DNA from: Mesorhizobium sp.
Lineage (GTDB): Bacteria; Pseudomonadota; Alphaproteobacteria; Rhizobiales; Rhizobiaceae
NCBI GenBank assembly: GCA_036742015.1
Contig: DAINRF010000005.1
Location: 35,627 to 99,626, forward strand
DNA length: 64,000 bases
Reading direction: 5' to 3'
Positions 61,740 through 64,000 of the stretch are shown one piece after another; within the stretch, counting starts at the first letter, position 1, and every line of letters starts with the position of its first letter. The notes beneath the pieces are model-generated. The model was not told the DNA's origin and ran no database searches. It saw only the letters and a program-made list of their open reading frames with translations. The position numbers and the translations under genes are program-made.

Positions 61740-63797
61740 CTAGCGCAACACCGCCGCGATGTTGCCGCCGTCGACGGTTGTCACGTCGCCGGTCGTGCGG
61801 TCGGCCAGCGCGTGGTGCAGAAAGGCCTGCGCCACATGCTCGGCCGTCACTTCCAGACCGAGCAGATTGCCGCTCATGTAATCCTTCTGCGACAGGCCGC
61901 GCGCCTGCGACCGGCTGGCGATCATCTCGTCAGTCAACAGGCCCGAGCGGATGCGGTCCGCATTGACTGCATTCGAACGGACGCCGATCGGGCCATATTC
62001 CAGCGCATATTGCCGCGAGAGGAACAGGGTCGCCGCCTTCGGCAGGCCATATGCGCCAAATTTTGGACCCGGATTGACCGCCTGCTTTGATGTGTTGAAC
62101 AGAAGCGCGCCGCCAGTGCCCTGCTCCTTGAACAGGCGCACCGCATTCTGCGCCACGTTCTGGTGCGAGAAGAAATTCAGCTCAAAACTCTTGCGCAGCA
62201 GCGCGTCGTCAATCTCGCCGATGCCGCCTTCCCAGGCAGCACCTGCGTTCGACACAACAATGTCGACGCCGCCGTAGACCTCGACGGCCTTGTCGAACGC
62301 GGCACGCACATCGGCCGGCTTGGTGACATCTGCGCCAACGCCAATCGAGTTGTTGCCGGCGGCCTTTGCTGCGGCCGCTGCCTTGTCACCGTCGAGGTCC
62401 ACCACGACGACATGCGCGCCGTTGGCGGCAAACAGTTTTGCGGTTGCCGCGCCAATCGCGCCCGCGCCGCCGGTGATGAGCGCCACCTGTCCGGTCAACG
62501 GCTTTGGCTTGTTGCCGGCCAGCTTTGCCTGTTCCAGCGACCAGTATTCCAGCTCAAACAGATCGGATTTGGCCAGCGGGCGGAAATCGCCAACAGCTTG
62601 CGCTCCCGACACCGCCTCAATCCACATCTCGCCGACATCTGACGCAATCTTTGCGTCCTTCAGCGTGCGGCCATGACCAAACATGCCGAGCCCCGGCACC
62701 AGCGACAGCCGCGGCATCGGGTCGAGCATGGTGCGCTTGATGTCGTCGCGCGCGTCATTGTCCTTGAAATATCGCTTGTAGTCCTCGACATAGGCGTCGA
62801 CCGCCTTTTCGACCGCCGCGCGATAGCCAGCGGCATCGCCTGCCGCAGGCGCGGGCAGAACCACCGGTCCGGTCTTGATGCGGATCGACAGGTCCGGCGT
62901 CGAGACACCCTGCCCTGCGAGACGCTGCAGATCGGCGCGGCCGAGAAATTCGAGGATTTTTGGCGAGGTGCGGAAGTCCGACACCATTCGCTCGACGCGG
63001 CCTTCATCGTAGCGGGCAGCGACCGCACCGCGCAGCATCGGCGAAATTTCGGCAGGCGCCGCCAGTTTGCCCGGCAATGTGGCGCGCGCAGCCGCCGGCT
63101 TGCTGCTGTTGGCGACATAGTCCTCCGCGACCGTCACCCATTGAATCATCCGGTCGTAGGCGTCCTTGGCAGTCTCGGCGAAAGTGAAGATGCCATGCTT
63201 GTCGAGGATCAAGCCTTCAACCGACGGATCCTGGTCAAAAACCTCGGCAGCAGCCTTCGCCAGATCAAAACCCGGCTTGATGTAAGGCACATAGCCCATC
63301 TTCGGGCCGAAGACTTTTGCGATCAGCTCGCGCGAATCATCGCCCTGATCGACGATTGCCAGCACAGCGGTCGAGTGGGTGTGGTCGACAAATTTGTGCG
63401 GCAGGAAGGCATGCAGCAGCGTTTCGACCGATGGATTGGGCGAGCCAGGATCAATCAGGTTTGCACGCTGCAAAGCGACCATGTCCTCGTCCGACAGTTT
63501 TTCGAGGGCACGCGCCTTCAAGAGAGGTTTTAGCTTCACCGCAGGAAGGCCGGCTGGTTCGATCACCGCCATGTCCCAGCCGGACCCCTTGACGCACAGC
63601 ACATCCCACTGGTCACCGACCAGATCGGTCGCGGTCAGCTTCACCGATGTATTGCCGCCACCATGCAGCACCAGGCGCGGGTCGCCGCCCAGCAGCCGGG
63701 TCGTGTAGACCCTGAGCGCCAGGTCGCGATCGACGCCCTTGGCGGCATAGGCTTTCACCATGGCTTCGGCTTCGGTCTGGTTCCAGAGGTTTTTCAT
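61740..63797 (-). CDS. bifunctional class II aldolase/adducin-domain + short-chain dehydrogenase protein (rhamnulose-1-phosphate aldolase/SDR-like)
   Basis: N-terminal LVLHGGGNTSVK / CVKGSGWDM aldolase-type region, C-terminal SDR with ITGGAGAIGAA and VVSNAG; 685 aa. Confidence 0.85.
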   Translation of the reverse strand: MKNLWNQTEAEAMVKAYAAKGVDRDLALRVYTTRLLGGDPRLVLHGGGNTSVKLTATDLVGDQWDVLCVKGSGWDMAVIEPAGLPAVKLKPLLKARALEKLSDEDMVALQRANLIDPGSPNPSVETLLHAFLPHKFVDHTHSTAVLAIVDQGDDSRELIAKVFGPKMGYVPYIKPGFDLAKAAAEVFDQDPSVEGLILDKHGIFTFAETAKDAYDRMIQWVTVAEDYVANSSKPAAARATLPGKLAAPAEISPMLRGAVAARYDEGRVERMVSDFRTSPKILEFLGRADLQRLAGQGVSTPDLSIRIKTGPVVLPAPAAGDAAGYRAAVEKAVDAYVEDYKRYFKDNDARDDIKRTMLDPMPRLSLVPGLGMFGHGRTLKDAKIASDVGEMWIEAVSGAQAVGDFRPLAKSDLFELEYWSLEQAKLAGNKPKPLTGQVALITGGAGAIGAATAKLFAANGAHVVVVDLDGDKAAAAAKAAGNNSIGVGADVTKPADVRAAFDKAVEVYGGVDIVVSNAGAAWEGGIGEIDDALLRKSFELNFFSHQNVAQNAVRLFKEQGTGGALLFNTSKQAVNPGPKFGAYGLPKAATLFLSRQYALEYGPIGVRSNAVNADRIRSGLLTDEMIASRSQARGLSQKDYMSGNLLGLEVTAEHVAQAFLHHALADRTTGDVTTVDGGNIAAVLR

Positions 63798-63821
63798 TTT
63801 GGGTATCCGTGTTTGTTTGGG

Positions 63822-64000
63822 TCAGGCGGCAGAAGCCGCCGTTGTGTCGATCAAGGCTTCCGCCATGGCGCGCGACAGCACGAGGTGGGTGGCAAAGCGT
63901 CCTGCCAGCGCGGCGCGCAGCGGCTCAAGCTTTGCCGCCTCCTGAACCACCATCAAGCGCTGAGGGATCGCCTTGAAATCATCGAAGTCAGCCGAAATGC
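63822..64000 (-). CDS. C-terminal fragment of a sugar-binding (SorC/DeoR-type) transcriptional regulator (5' part outside window)
   Basis: The minus frame is open from the window edge: ISADFDDFKAIPQRLMVVQEAAKLEPLRAALAGRFATHLVLSRAMAEALIDTTAASAA, with TGA at 63822-63824. The G..K...ALRAAL..G....LV.D...A..L pattern resembles SorC-family tails. Confidence 0.4.
   Translation of the reverse strand, partial: ISADFDDFKAIPQRLMVVQEAAKLEPLRAALAGRFATHLVLSRAMAEALIDTTAASAA

Overview
GC-rich, very gene-dense DNA that looks alphaproteobacterial (Rhizobiales/Hyphomicrobiales-like), judged only from gene content. It holds about 60 protein-coding genes. I found no rRNA or tRNA gene, no CRISPR array, no intact mobile element and no recognisable intact defence system. 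Layout: (1) 0-9.8 kb, core genes: ABC permease tail, beta-hydroxyacid dehydrogenase, AlkD-like protein, Lrp, UDG-family protein, GST, thermonuclease, PleC/DivJ-type histidine kinase, divergent CobT-like protein, DUF1289 plus a membrane retropepsin-like protease, TauE, dusA. (2) 9.8-10.5 kb: AT-rich junction at the dusA 5' end plus a truncated tyrosine-integrase pseudogene. (3) 10.6-22.0 kb: one 11-gene minus-strand acyl-CoA catabolic operon (two adjacent acyl-CoA dehydrogenases, enoyl-CoA hydratase, Liv-type ABC importer, acyl-CoA ligase, TetR, enoyl-reductase-like MDR). (4) 22.0-22.7 kb: a gene graveyard with type I-E cas2 and cas1 remnants cut by an IS481/IS3-like transposase tail. (5) 22.7-38.3 kb: a lower-GC, single-strand catabolic island (Cys-type sulfatase, formylglycine-generating enzyme, an aldose dehydrogenase/lactonase/acid-sugar dehydratase trio, GMC oxidoreductase, two ABC importers, divergent LysR), ending at a 5'-truncated IlvD/Edd-family pseudogene. 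(6) 39.0-47.7 kb: peptide-type ABC importer + amidase + RpiR + beta-lactamase-fold hydrolase operon. (7) 48.0-52.8 kb: kynureninase at the end of a COG2984/4120/1101 ABC importer operon, with a divergent GntR. (8) 52.9-57.0 kb: Lrp + diaminopropionate ammonia-lyase + two M20 amidohydrolases. (9) 57.0-61.6 kb: non-pyrrolysine MttB-family methyltransferase + two-domain flavoprotein (demethylase-like) + LysR. (10) 61.7-64.0 kb: bifunctional aldolase/SDR and the tail of a sugar-type regulator. The best candidates for undescribed biology are the cytoplasmic sulfatase/FGE sugar-oxidation island, the DAP-lyase/M20 operon, the orphan MttB-flavoprotein pair and the kynureninase-ABC operon. The most solid sequence-level oddities are the cas1-cas2 remnant and the decayed dusA island junction. 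All functions come from by-eye motif and family recognition, and start codons are best guesses.
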